Shown here: positions 19,726 through 28,713 of the stretch, in pieces | Layout of the letters: each line of letters starts with the position of its first letter | Numbering within the stretch: the first letter of the stretch is position 1 | Source: Promethearchaeota archaeon | GTDB lineage: Archaea; Asgardarchaeota; Lokiarchaeia; Sigyniarchaeales; SOKP01 | Length of the DNA: 58,373 nt | Direction: 5' to 3' | Assembly (NCBI GenBank): GCA_048941605.1 | Contig: JBHLNL010000006.1 | Span: 1 to 58,373 of the forward strand | Translations under genes and position numbers: made by a program | The notes under the pieces: generated by a model | What the model was told of the DNA's origin: nothing | Databases searched by the model: none | The model's input: only the letters and a program-made list of their open reading frames with translations

Positions 19726-21075
19726 TTATAATCGAATATAGCGATTTCTTTCCCAATCAGATACTACAACTCTATAAGCATCATATTCTTCTAGTTTAGC
19801 ATAGTAATAATTCTTGAATGCAGTTTCCCCAAATACTTCTTTCATAAGTTCAGAATTTTTAAATTCCGCTAATGCTTCATGTAGGCTCCCGGGTAAAGAT
19901 ATGATTCCTTCCTTCTCCATTTCTTTAGAAGATAGATGGTATACATTTCTATCTGTTGGTTCAGAAATTTCAATGTCATCTGATAAAATACCTTCTAGTC
20001 CTGAAGCTAGAAGAACACTAAATTGCAGATATGGATTTCCAGAAGGATCTGGGCACCGAATCTCACACCTTGCAGCACTAGACCGTTCATGAAAATCAGG
20101 TACTCTGATAAGAGGAGATCTATTTCGAAAACCCCATGCAAGATAAACTGGAGCTTCAAATCCTGGAACGAGTCTTTTATAAGAATTAGGCCAGCTACTT
20201 AAAACGGCACACATTGCTCTAGCATGTTTTAATTGTCCAGCAATCCATTTTTTCATTAAAAGCGAGATATTATCCTTGTCCTTATCATCATAGAATGTAT
20301 TATTCCCATTTTTCCATAGAGATTGATGCACATGCATCCCCGAACCATTTATACCATGAAAGGGTTTAGCCATAAATGTGCCTACAAGGTTGTGATAAGC
20401 GGCAACAGTTTTAACTATAGTTTTTATTGTGATTGTATTATCCGCAGTATTTACAGCTTGGTCATAGCGGACATCTATCTCATGTTGTCCAAAAGCTACT
20501 TCATGATGGATACATTCTACATTTATTCCCATAGCATCACAATATTCTGCAATTCGAAACCTTATCATCTCGCTAATATCATAAGGATCATAATCAAAGT
20601 ATCCTCTCAAATCTGAGGGTTTAAATTCTTGCTTTGTATCAGGAGTAAGTACAAAAAATTCCATTTCTGGGGCACAATAATATGAATAACCATATTCTTC
20701 CGCTTTTTTTACTGCGCGTTGCAAAATATATCTAGGATCTCCTTCATAGCGTTGACCATTAGGTTTATAAATATCACAAATAACTCTAGCTACCTTGTTT
20801 TCTTTCCTCCATGGTAAAAGATAAAATGTGCTTGGATCAGGAAGTGCAACTTTATCACTCTCTTCAATTGCGCCATACCCTGTTATTGAACTTCCATCAA
20901 AATTTTCTCCATCCTCAAAGACCTCTTCAATCCGCTTTGAATTTATCTCAAACGATTTAATAATTCCATGGATATCAGTAAATTGGAGATAAATAAATTT
21001 AATATCTTCTTCTTTTATCTTTTCGATTACAGTATTGCAAAAATCCTTTCTCTTAGGGTTGCTTTTTTCAATCAT
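19726..21075 (-). CDS. glnA: Glutamine synthetase, type I
   Basis: 449 aa. An N-terminal beta-grasp (IKFIYLQFTDIHG) is present. Catalytic-domain motifs are CAPEMEFF, MAKPFHGINGSGMHVHQSLW, NSYKRLVPGFEAPVYLAWGFRNRSPLIRVP and RCEIRCPDPSGNPYL. Confidence 0.95.
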   Translation of the reverse strand: MIEKSNPKRKDFCNTVIEKIKEEDIKFIYLQFTDIHGIIKSFEINSKRIEEVFEDGENFDGSSITGYGAIEESDKVALPDPSTFYLLPWRKENKVARVICDIYKPNGQRYEGDPRYILQRAVKKAEEYGYSYYCAPEMEFFVLTPDTKQEFKPSDLRGYFDYDPYDISEMIRFRIAEYCDAMGINVECIHHEVAFGQHEIDVRYDQAVNTADNTITIKTIVKTVAAYHNLVGTFMAKPFHGINGSGMHVHQSLWKNGNNTFYDDKDKDNISLLMKKWIAGQLKHARAMCAVLSSWPNSYKRLVPGFEAPVYLAWGFRNRSPLIRVPDFHERSSAARCEIRCPDPSGNPYLQFSVLLASGLEGILSDDIEISEPTDRNVYHLSSKEMEKEGIISLPGSLHEALAEFKNSELMKEVFGETAFKNYYYAKLEEYDAYRVVVSDWERNRYIRL

Positions 21076-21177
21076 TTTTAATCTAATTTTAATCTTTTTC
21101 TATTCTTTCTAATTTTAATATAATTAATCCCTAATTTGTGTTTTATAAATATAATTATGTTCATATATATAAAAATC

Positions 21178-21203
21178 TTAACATATTCTAGTTCATATGT
21201 TAA
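21178..21203. promoter_or_regulatory. Perfect 9-bp inverted repeat TTAACATAT-N8-ATATGTTAA in the glnA/lrp divergent intergenic region
   Basis: Read directly from the sequence. It lies ~100 nt upstream of glnA (minus strand) and ~170 nt upstream of the Lrp gene. Confidence 0.4.
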
Positions 21204-21371
21204 TATAAATGGAAGAAAAAGTTTATATATGATCACTAATTGAATATTAAAGTGAACGGATGATTAATTTTATAATTTTTGTCGTTCTAAAAAATGGACA
21301 TTTGGATCGCTTTTCACATTAAATTTGTACAATTGCATACTTTTATAATTATTATATAACTTTCTAATAAT

Positions 21372-21872
21372 ATGACTAAGCAATCTAGTATTAATGATAT
21401 TTCCGAACTTGATGTCGAGATTCTAAAGAAGTTAAGTACGGATGGACGAATTTCCCTTCGACAACTTGCAAAAGATTTAGACAATAAATCACCTGTAACG
21501 ATCAAAAACCATGTTGAAAACTTAGAGGAGCAAGGTATTATCATAGATTATGGTGCAAAAATTAATTATGAAAAATTAGGTTACAATATTATTGCACTTA
21601 TCGAATTAACAATATCTAAAGGAAAAATGTTAGAAGTAGAACAAGATATTGCTAAAAATCCAAACAATTTTGCAGTTTACGATATTACTGGTGAGTATGA
21701 TGCTTTAATTCTTGCAAGATTTAAAAATAGAGAGGATCTAAGTAGAATGATAAAGGAGATTCATATTTCCCCTTATGTTGAGCGAACTAATACTCATATT
21801 GTCTTAAATATTATTAAAGAAAATAGTTCATTCGTTGAATTGACAGAAAAAGAATCAAAAAAAAATAAATAA
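21372..21872 (+). CDS. Lrp/AsnC family transcriptional regulator
   Basis: The wHTH region reads LDVEILKKLSTDGRISLRQLAKDLDNKSPVTIKNHVENLEEQGII. The RAM domain reads ALIELTISKGK..VYDITGEYDALILARF. Confidence 0.9.
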   Translation: MTKQSSINDISELDVEILKKLSTDGRISLRQLAKDLDNKSPVTIKNHVENLEEQGIIIDYGAKINYEKLGYNIIALIELTISKGKMLEVEQDIAKNPNNFAVYDITGEYDALILARFKNREDLSRMIKEIHISPYVERTNTHIVLNIIKENSSFVELTEKESKKNK

Positions 21873-22148
21873 TTTCATACATGAGAATAAGATCTTTATC
21901 CTATTTTACTTAAATGTATTAATTGGTTGTTTTCAATTCCTTGTTTATTTGTTTAATAATCTAAATATGTTTTATAAGAATGTTTATTCTTAAAAAGCAA
22001 AATTAATAATACATTATACAAATGTTCAGAAATATGAATGTACGATATAGAATAGTTCAGATTAATAATTAAAATTATACTAACATGTTTAGAAATTAAC
22101 CGATAAATTTATAAATGTATATAATCTCTTATAATAATAAAAACAAAT

Positions 22149-22162
22149 GGGAAACATTTCCC
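22149..22162. promoter_or_regulatory. 14-bp palindrome GGGAAA-CA-TTTCCC, 20 nt upstream of ORF 22183
   Basis: Read directly. It lies downstream of a TATA-like TATATAAT stretch. The same GGGA-N6-TCCC frame recurs at 23285 and 28714. Confidence 0.45.
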
Positions 22163-22182
22163 ACAATAGCAAGAACAAGTAA

Positions 22183-22437
22183 ATGTCCTTAAAACAATTT
22201 AGAGTACGGTTTCAAGAAAAATTAAAAATGATTGAAAAAGAAATGAAGACATATGAAGAAATGTGTTTAGATAAACTAAAAGAAATAGGAATCTCGTCAG
22301 GAGCGGAATGGTCAATAGCAATGGGTTATGAAAGTCCTAATGGATTATCAAAAGTAATAAAACGGATTAAACAAAGCATGCCAGAAAAATTGATAATATA
22401 TTATGATAGAAAGCCACGACGATATGAGGCTAAATAG
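22183..22437 (+). CDS. Small hypothetical protein, possible winged-helix DNA-binding protein
   Basis: 84 aa. The C-terminal half AEWSIAMGYESPNGLSKVIKRIKQSMPEKLIIYYDRKPRRYEA looks like helix-turn-helix plus a beta-wing. This assignment is tentative. Confidence 0.4.
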   Translation: MSLKQFRVRFQEKLKMIEKEMKTYEEMCLDKLKEIGISSGAEWSIAMGYESPNGLSKVIKRIKQSMPEKLIIYYDRKPRRYEAK

Positions 22438-22472
22438 TGAAAAAATAAGTAATATGAGGTGAAATTTGAACG

Positions 22473-22763
22473 ATAAAATGTCTTAAATGTGGAGATGAAT
22501 TTTCTTATGGCAGGAAAATTAGTTGTTGCAATTCTACATATTTTGGGATAATATTTATTGAAAAAAAAAAGGATTATAATTGGAATTGTAATAGTCATAT
22601 AATTAAAAGTGAATCATATGAACCAATCATCGAAGAAATCTCGGATTTAAATATAATAGATAATGGGATACCAATTTCTTATAATTGGAATTGCGAAACT
22701 TCGATAAGGTTTAAAAATCAAGAAAATGGAATTGAAAAAGATTATGTTTTAATCTATGAATAA
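22473..22763 (+). CDS. Cys-rich small protein (zinc-ribbon-like), ORF without any canonical start codon
   Basis: 97 sense codons are open from 22470 to TAA 22761-22763. They read T-I-KCLKCGDEFSYGRKISCCNSTYFGIIFIEKKKDYNWNCNSH...ISYNWNCETSIRFKNQENGIEKDYVLIYE. The frame contains no ATG/GTG/TTG, which is why it is absent from the ORF track. ATA 22473 lies 10 nt after GAGGTGA (22456-22462). Confidence 0.45.
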   Translation: MKCLKCGDEFSYGRKISCCNSTYFGIIFIEKKKDYNWNCNSHIIKSESYEPIIEEISDLNIIDNGIPISYNWNCETSIRFKNQENGIEKDYVLIYE

Positions 22764-23058
22764 AAAATCAGGAGGTGTTTTAAAAGAGTTTACAAATAAA
22801 ACAAGTTCTGCAGATTAGGTGGATGGATTGACTTTCACTGAAATTGAAAAATATTTTAATATTGGTTATATTAATGAAGGATCAAATCCTACACCTTAGA
22901 TAAATTTAAAAGATAGAAATACCCTACCAGAAACCCTAACAACCCAATCTCATTGGACATCACCAAACAGCCATTATTATTCCCAACTCTTGCCATGGGT
23001 TTTGTATAGATCCATGGCAAGAGCTCCACTTAAAATAATCTATATTAATTTTTTATGA
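22756..23058 (+). pseudogene. Degenerate ORF interrupted by two in-frame TAG codons (HTH-like middle segment)
   Basis: ATG 22756 overlaps the stop of the preceding ORF. The reading is MNKKSGGVLKEFTNKTSSAD-TAG(22816)-VDGLTFTEIEKYFNIGYINEGSNPTP-TAG(22897), followed by 52 further open codons. Confidence 0.25.
22987..23023. other. Perfect 12-bp inverted repeat (CTCTTGCCATGG-N13-CCATGGCAAGAG), potential hairpin
   Basis: Read directly. It is comparatively GC-rich relative to its surroundings and sits at the end of the degenerate 22.4-23.1 kb segment. Confidence 0.5.
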
Positions 23059-23284
23059 TAATTTTCACAAATTTGAAATTTGTTTAATTAAAAACACTAA
23101 GTTTTAATAAAAGTTCTTTCAGAAAAAAAAAATTTTCATTAAATAATGTTATTTATTTATAAAATGTTCAGAATAACACATCTATTTTAAAAAAGAATTA
23201 TTAGAAGATCTATAAATAATATACAATGTTTAATCTTTTACCTTAATATTTATTAGGAACATTCACTATATTATTATATAAAAT

Positions 23285-23298
23285 GGGATCTATTTCCC
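23285..23298. promoter_or_regulatory. 14-bp imperfect palindrome GGGATC-TA-TTTCCC between a TATA-like box and the gltB-like start
   Basis: Read directly. The flanks AAATGGGA....ATTTCCC.CAA are shared with the 22149 site. Confidence 0.4.
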
Positions 23299-23315
23299 TC
23301 AAAACCTAAAAAAAA

Positions 23316-24974
23316 GTGATAGACATGACGCAATTTTCGAAGAATACTCCTCAATCAAGTTTAATAGGGTCTAAAACCAGATGTGAAGATTCATGTGAGA
23401 GTGGATTATGTTCAATATGTATAGAAGATTGCCCTATTTTTTGTGAAGTCTCGAAATCCGCACTTAGGGGTCGGGAAATCTTATATCCTAGAAGGGAATA
23501 CTTTGGAAACTCTACAGCCGGTTCGCCAAAAGATTTTGGATTCTCGTATAGTGATTTTCAAATTCAGTTTGAAGTACGAGGGGCTAAGGGTATTGAACCT
23601 GATGAGGATAAAGTAATCTTTCCTAGTGTAGATCTAAAAATGAAATGGGGAAATATTAACCAGAAATATCCAATCGTTATAGCGGGATTGGGAAGCACTT
23701 ATGTAGCAAAGCGAAACTGGGTTGGCTTAGCAATGGGAGCGGCTCTAACAGGAATAAGCATAACTATCGGAGAAAATGTTGTAGGAATGGATCCACATGC
23801 TCAATTTGCAAATCACACTATATTTCCTAAAGTTATAGATACTGATGATATGAAGTTTAGAATTAAGGCATATCGAGAATTCTGGGATGGTAAGAATGGG
23901 GATATCATCGTACAGAAAAATGTTGAAGATACAAGATTAGGTGTTTTTGAATATGTAACTTCAAAACTTGAAATAAATTCTCTTGAAATTAAACTTGGTC
24001 AAGGAGCAAAAGCTATAGGGGGTGAGGTAAGATTAGAATCTCTAGAACGGGCGCAGTTATTGCAAAGTAGAGGATATTTAGTATTTCCAGATCCTACTGA
24101 TCCTATCATAATTGAGCAATGGAAAGAAGGATTGATTCCAGATTTTGAAAGACATAGTAGGGTGGGTTTATCAACTACTAATGATCTTTTAGAAGAAATT
24201 GATCAAATTCGTTCAAGTGGTTCCAAAAATATTTTTATAAAAACAGGTGCTTATAGACCAGCAGCTACTGCATGGATTATACGATTAGGTGTTGAAGGGA
24301 AAGTAGATGGAATGACTTTTGATGGAGCGGGAGGAGGAACTGGTATGAGTCCAGTGTGTATGATGAATGAAGGATCAATTCCCACAGCTTATTTAGAAGC
24401 TCTTGTAGTTGGCTGTCTAGATATGATAAAAGAAAAAAATCATAGTATCACCATTCCCTCCATTGCCATTGCTGGAGGAATTGCTAATGAAACTCAAATT
24501 TTTAAAGCACTTGCTATGGGGGCACCATATGTTAAATGCATCGCTATGGCAAGAGCTCCGATCACAGCAGCCATGAAAGCAAAATATGTAGGTGAAACAA
24601 TTTCTAAGAAAACTGTAACTCCTGCAATGCTTAGAAATTTAGGTTTTTCAAACAATTTTAAACCTGAGACTTTAACCCTTAATAAAGCTTTTATCGAATA
24701 TGATAATTTACATAGAATTTATGATGGAAGAAAAATCCCACCTTCCGCAATTGGAGTATTTACATATTTGACTAGTAAAATAGGTACTGGTCTAAAACAA
24801 TTATTAGCGGGAATAAGGAAATTTAATTTAGATTTAATTGATCGTTATGATATTGCATATCTTTCTCAGAGAGCTAAAGACGTATGTAAAAAGTGGAATT
24901 TAGGGATAAAATCCCAAGAATCACTAGATTTCGAGAAAGTGCAAAAGGAAATTCATTCTGGAAATTTTTCATGA
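23316..24974 (+). CDS. Glutamate synthase large-subunit domain-2-like FMN-binding protein (stand-alone archaeal GltB-type) with N-terminal Cys cluster
   Basis: An N-terminal Cys cluster is present (CEDSCESGLCSICIEDCPIFCE). The TIM-barrel part has GOGAT-central-domain-like motifs: KLGQGAKAIGGEV, DGAGGGTGMSP and IAIAGGIANETQIFKALAMGAPYV. ATG 23325 is an alternative start. Confidence 0.75.
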   Translation: MIDMTQFSKNTPQSSLIGSKTRCEDSCESGLCSICIEDCPIFCEVSKSALRGREILYPRREYFGNSTAGSPKDFGFSYSDFQIQFEVRGAKGIEPDEDKVIFPSVDLKMKWGNINQKYPIVIAGLGSTYVAKRNWVGLAMGAALTGISITIGENVVGMDPHAQFANHTIFPKVIDTDDMKFRIKAYREFWDGKNGDIIVQKNVEDTRLGVFEYVTSKLEINSLEIKLGQGAKAIGGEVRLESLERAQLLQSRGYLVFPDPTDPIIIEQWKEGLIPDFERHSRVGLSTTNDLLEEIDQIRSSGSKNIFIKTGAYRPAATAWIIRLGVEGKVDGMTFDGAGGGTGMSPVCMMNEGSIPTAYLEALVVGCLDMIKEKNHSITIPSIAIAGGIANETQIFKALAMGAPYVKCIAMARAPITAAMKAKYVGETISKKTVTPAMLRNLGFSNNFKPETLTLNKAFIEYDNLHRIYDGRKIPPSAIGVFTYLTSKIGTGLKQLLAGIRKFNLDLIDRYDIAYLSQRAKDVCKKWNLGIKSQESLDFEKVQKEIHSGNFS

Positions 24975-25033
24975 AATTCTTATTTTCCCAATTTTATTAA
25001 AATGAAAAAAAAATAAAGATTAAATATTTATAA

Positions 25034-26824
25034 TTAACTCATTAGATTTTCTAGTTGTTTTACAAAATCTTCATATTGTTTAATTCCTAAACTCCAGAAA
25101 TCTTTTTTTGTAATGTCTAATCCTACAATTTTACCAAGTTCCTCTGGGGAGACACTACCTCCTGCAGCGAGTAGTTTCTTAAACTTTGGAACAAATCCTT
25201 TACCCTCATTTTTATATGTTTGATATAAAGCATAAACAAATAATTGGGCATAAACATAGGGGTAGTTGTAGAATCGAAAATTAGGTATATAATAATGTGG
25301 TTTCATAGTCCATTCCCAGTCCATCTCTTCAAACCATTCTACAGAATCTCCATATATTTTATCTCTTCCAGCACACCAATTTTTGGAAATCGTCTTTCCA
25401 TCCAAATTTTCACCTCGATCAATAGTTTTATATAAATCTTGTTCAAACCACACTCTGGCACTTACCTGAAAAGCAGCTTCTCCAGCATCATCTAATACAT
25501 GTGCTAAAATTCCCATTTTTTCTTCATTCGATTCTGAAGTTTCAAGAAGGAGATCTGTTAAGAGTAATTCTCCAAAAGTAGAAGCCACTTCTGCAACTGT
25601 ATAACCAGCATGAAAATTAAAGAAAGTTTGTTTATCAATTGCTAAATAGTCATGGATAGCATGTCCAAGTTCATGAATAAGAGTAAATATTTCATTTAAT
25701 TCACCAGTATATGTCATTAGAATAAATGCAGACTTGTTATTAAACCAAGCAGCACAATTTGCTCCATTTCTTTTACCTTTTCTAGGACTCGCATCGATAT
25801 GATTTCGATTGAACATATCATTTACAATTTCAACAAATTCATTATCAAATCTTTCATAAGCTTTAATGACTAACTTCTTTGCATCATCCCACTTATATGT
25901 TTTATGAGGCGCTAAAGTAAGTGGAGCACGAACATCAGCACAATTTAGCTTTGGAAACCCAAGAATCTTAGCTTTTAGATTCATATATTTACGATATACT
26001 CCTCCACCTTCTTCAATGGCTTTCATTAAATTGTCAATAATCTCTTGAGTCGTATCATTTACGATAAGGCTGTCATGCATTGGACTGTCATATTTCCGTC
26101 TTTTTGAATTATTTAACCAATCTCCGCAAACACTTCGGAGAGCTGATGAAAAAACATATTCTTCTTCTCCTAACAACCCGTAAATAGATTTATTTGCTGA
26201 GATTCGCGTCTTTCTATCTGGGTGATTAAGTAAAGCGTTAGCTTCTCCATATGATAATTCTTTGTCTACACCCTCAACATTTACTACTATTTTTCTGGTA
26301 TTCAACCATTTTGCTTGTAGATTACTCCACGCTCTAATTCCGTATTGATCTTTTTCTAGGATTAATTGTTCTTCCACTTCTGATAGATAGTGGGGATAAG
26401 CTCTCTTAATTATTTCTAATCTGTGCTTGTAGTTAGAAAGAATTGGATCATCTATTATTTTTGCATTATTATATACATATTTAGCAACTTCTAACTCTAG
26501 AAATGCTAAATCTTTTGCAATCTTTGTGTTAAAATCTTCAACTCGATTTTTCAACGTCTCACTCTCTGGAATTGTCATGTTAGCAACGTATAATCGATTT
26601 GAATAAAGATCTATTTCATCAATATTAGCTAAAAATTTTTCTTGTTTTTGAATTAATTCTAATAATTTTTGGGGAGTGAAATCAGGGGAATTAATTTTTC
26701 CTTTATAGGTTGTTATGAATTCCTCGGTCTTTTTCGAAAGTTTATCCATATTTTCAGTGATTTTTAGATCATCATGACCAGAAAAAATTTCTGTAAGATC
26801 CCATGCTATTTCATTTTCAGTCAT
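25034..26824 (-). CDS. pepF: Oligoendopeptidase F (M3B metallopeptidase)
   Basis: 596 aa. The zinc motif HELGHAIHD and the overall PepF length and layout are present. Confidence 0.88.
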   Translation of the reverse strand: MTENEIAWDLTEIFSGHDDLKITENMDKLSKKTEEFITTYKGKINSPDFTPQKLLELIQKQEKFLANIDEIDLYSNRLYVANMTIPESETLKNRVEDFNTKIAKDLAFLELEVAKYVYNNAKIIDDPILSNYKHRLEIIKRAYPHYLSEVEEQLILEKDQYGIRAWSNLQAKWLNTRKIVVNVEGVDKELSYGEANALLNHPDRKTRISANKSIYGLLGEEEYVFSSALRSVCGDWLNNSKRRKYDSPMHDSLIVNDTTQEIIDNLMKAIEEGGGVYRKYMNLKAKILGFPKLNCADVRAPLTLAPHKTYKWDDAKKLVIKAYERFDNEFVEIVNDMFNRNHIDASPRKGKRNGANCAAWFNNKSAFILMTYTGELNEIFTLIHELGHAIHDYLAIDKQTFFNFHAGYTVAEVASTFGELLLTDLLLETSESNEEKMGILAHVLDDAGEAAFQVSARVWFEQDLYKTIDRGENLDGKTISKNWCAGRDKIYGDSVEWFEEMDWEWTMKPHYYIPNFRFYNYPYVYAQLFVYALYQTYKNEGKGFVPKFKKLLAAGGSVSPEELGKIVGLDITKKDFWSLGIKQYEDFVKQLENLMS

Positions 26825-26930
26825 AATATGACGTTAGAAATTAGGATATTTTAAAAATCTTTACCATCGTAGATAATTTTGGCTAATTATCTGTTATTGT
26901 GGAAACAAACGAGAGGTCTTTTAACACTTA

Positions 26931-28490
26931 TTATTCATATTCAATTGTACTAGGAGGTTTATTCGAAATATCGTAAACAACACGATTTATTCCTTTAACT
27001 TCATTAGCAATTCTAGTGCTTATTCGTTCCAAAAGGTTCCAATCTAATTTAGAAAAATTGGCTGTCATTGCATCAATTGATTCAACTATTCTTATTGAAC
27101 AAATATACTCATAGGTGCGATAATCTCCCATTATCCCCACTGTTTTTAAGGGAAGAAAGACACAGAATGCTTGCCATATTTGTTCATAAATTCCCGCATT
27201 TCGAATCTCTTCTATTAAAATAGCATCTGCGTTTCTTAAGATAGTCAATTTTTCTTTATCAATTGCACCAATTATTCTTACAGCTAGTCCTGGACCTGGA
27301 AAAGGGTGACGATTTAGAATATATTCTGGCAAACCTAATTTTAATCCAATATTCCTTACTTCATCTTTATATAAATCTCTCAAAGGTTCTATAATCTTTA
27401 AATTCATATTATCTGGGAGGCTGAGATTATGATGAGACTTAATCTTTGCTGATAATTTACTCGTAGCACTTGTTTCAACACGATCAGGATAAATAGTACC
27501 TTGAGCAAGATATTTTATATCAGGATGTGCTTGATCTAATTCAATAGTTTTATTCTCAAAAACTTCTATGAAAGTATGACCAATTATACGGCGCTTTTCT
27601 TCAGGATCTTCAACATTGGCAAGTCTTTGTAGAAAAAGATCTTCAGCGTCTACATAATGGAAATTTTCAAATTTTAATTTCCCTCGAAATGTTTCTTGGA
27701 CTTCAATTTCCTCATTTTTTCTTAAGACCCCATTATTTACAAATATACAATGTACTCGATCACCGATTGCTTCGTGTAAGAGAGCGGCAGTTACAGAAGA
27801 ATCTACACCACCACTTAATCCTAAAATAACTTTATTATTAGGTCCAATTTCATTTCTTATTTCTTCAATAGAATTTGTAATCCATCCTTCCAATTTCCAT
27901 TCTTTTTTACACTTGGCTATTTTAAATATGAAGTTCTCTAAAATTTTATTTCCATTTGGAGTATTTGAAACCTCTGGATGGAATTGGACACCATATAACA
28001 GCTTTTCTTGATTTCCATAAGCAGCTACAGGACAAGATTCTGTTGTAGCATATACTTTAAACCCTTCAGCAAGTTCTGTGATTTGATCTCCGTGAGACAT
28101 CCACACGATTTGTTCTTTTTCTAATGTATCAAAAAGTAAATCTGGTTCTAAAATTGTGAGGTTAGACTTACCATATTCCTTAATTTCTTTAGACTCAACT
28201 TTTCCTCCCAGTTGGTGCATAATTAAATGGTGGCCGTAACAAATTCCTAAAAGGGGTATTCTATTTTTAAATATATAACGATAAAAATCATCCTTTAATT
28301 TCGGATCTTCTTGTTCATAAACGCTTCCAGGACTGCCTGATAATATGATTGCTTTTGGTTTTTTTTTTTTCAGATTTTCAAGATCGATATCAAAAGGTAA
28401 AATTTCTGAATATACTCCTAAATCACGTATTCGACGAGTAATTAGATGAGTATATTGACCTCCAAAGTCTAAAACGATTATAGTATCCAT
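26931..28490 (-). CDS. guaA: GMP synthase (glutamine-hydrolysing), fused GATase + ATP-pyrophosphatase
   Basis: Supporting motifs are IIVLDFGGQYTHLITRRIRDLGVYSE, GICYGHH, VQFHPEV, the PP-loop LGLSGGVDSSV, and the C-terminal NRVVYDISNKPPSTIEYE. Confidence 0.95.
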   Translation of the reverse strand: MDTIIVLDFGGQYTHLITRRIRDLGVYSEILPFDIDLENLKKKKPKAIILSGSPGSVYEQEDPKLKDDFYRYIFKNRIPLLGICYGHHLIMHQLGGKVESKEIKEYGKSNLTILEPDLLFDTLEKEQIVWMSHGDQITELAEGFKVYATTESCPVAAYGNQEKLLYGVQFHPEVSNTPNGNKILENFIFKIAKCKKEWKLEGWITNSIEEIRNEIGPNNKVILGLSGGVDSSVTAALLHEAIGDRVHCIFVNNGVLRKNEEIEVQETFRGKLKFENFHYVDAEDLFLQRLANVEDPEEKRRIIGHTFIEVFENKTIELDQAHPDIKYLAQGTIYPDRVETSATSKLSAKIKSHHNLSLPDNMNLKIIEPLRDLYKDEVRNIGLKLGLPEYILNRHPFPGPGLAVRIIGAIDKEKLTILRNADAILIEEIRNAGIYEQIWQAFCVFLPLKTVGIMGDYRTYEYICSIRIVESIDAMTANFSKLDWNLLERISTRIANEVKGINRVVYDISNKPPSTIEYE

Positions 28491-28713
28491 GATTACAAGA
28501 TCTAATTAATTTATAAAAAATGACTCTAAAACTACAAGAAATTATATTTAATAAATTGGAAATAATTTATTGTTAATATTAAAAAAGCTTTATAGAAAAT
28601 TAATTTTTTCCATTAACCAATTATTTTTTTTTTAATAAATCTTTTTTATTAATTGGAACTAGCAAATTACCTAATCATTGGTTAATTTTATATTCATACT
28701 TTACCCAAAATGA

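Noticed and set aside
22561-22570. A-homopolymer inside the Cys-rich ORF, first read as a frameshift site splitting the gene in two.
   Set aside because: Base-by-base recounting gives 10 A. With that count the frame from 22470 runs uninterrupted to TAA 22761-22763 (..IEKKKDYNWNC..). No frameshift is needed.
22816-22899. Reading the two in-frame TAG codons as pyrrolysine.
   Set aside because: No pyl genes or methylamine methyltransferase context is visible. TAG is used as a normal stop by several well-supported genes here (for example 2608-2610, 16770-16772, 33906-33908). Pseudogene decay is the simpler explanation.
28359-28370. T12 homopolymer inside guaA as a potential frameshift or phase-variation site.
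   Set aside because: On the coding strand it reads AAA x4 (the Lys run in ..LENLKKKKPKAIIL..) and the guaA frame is intact through it.
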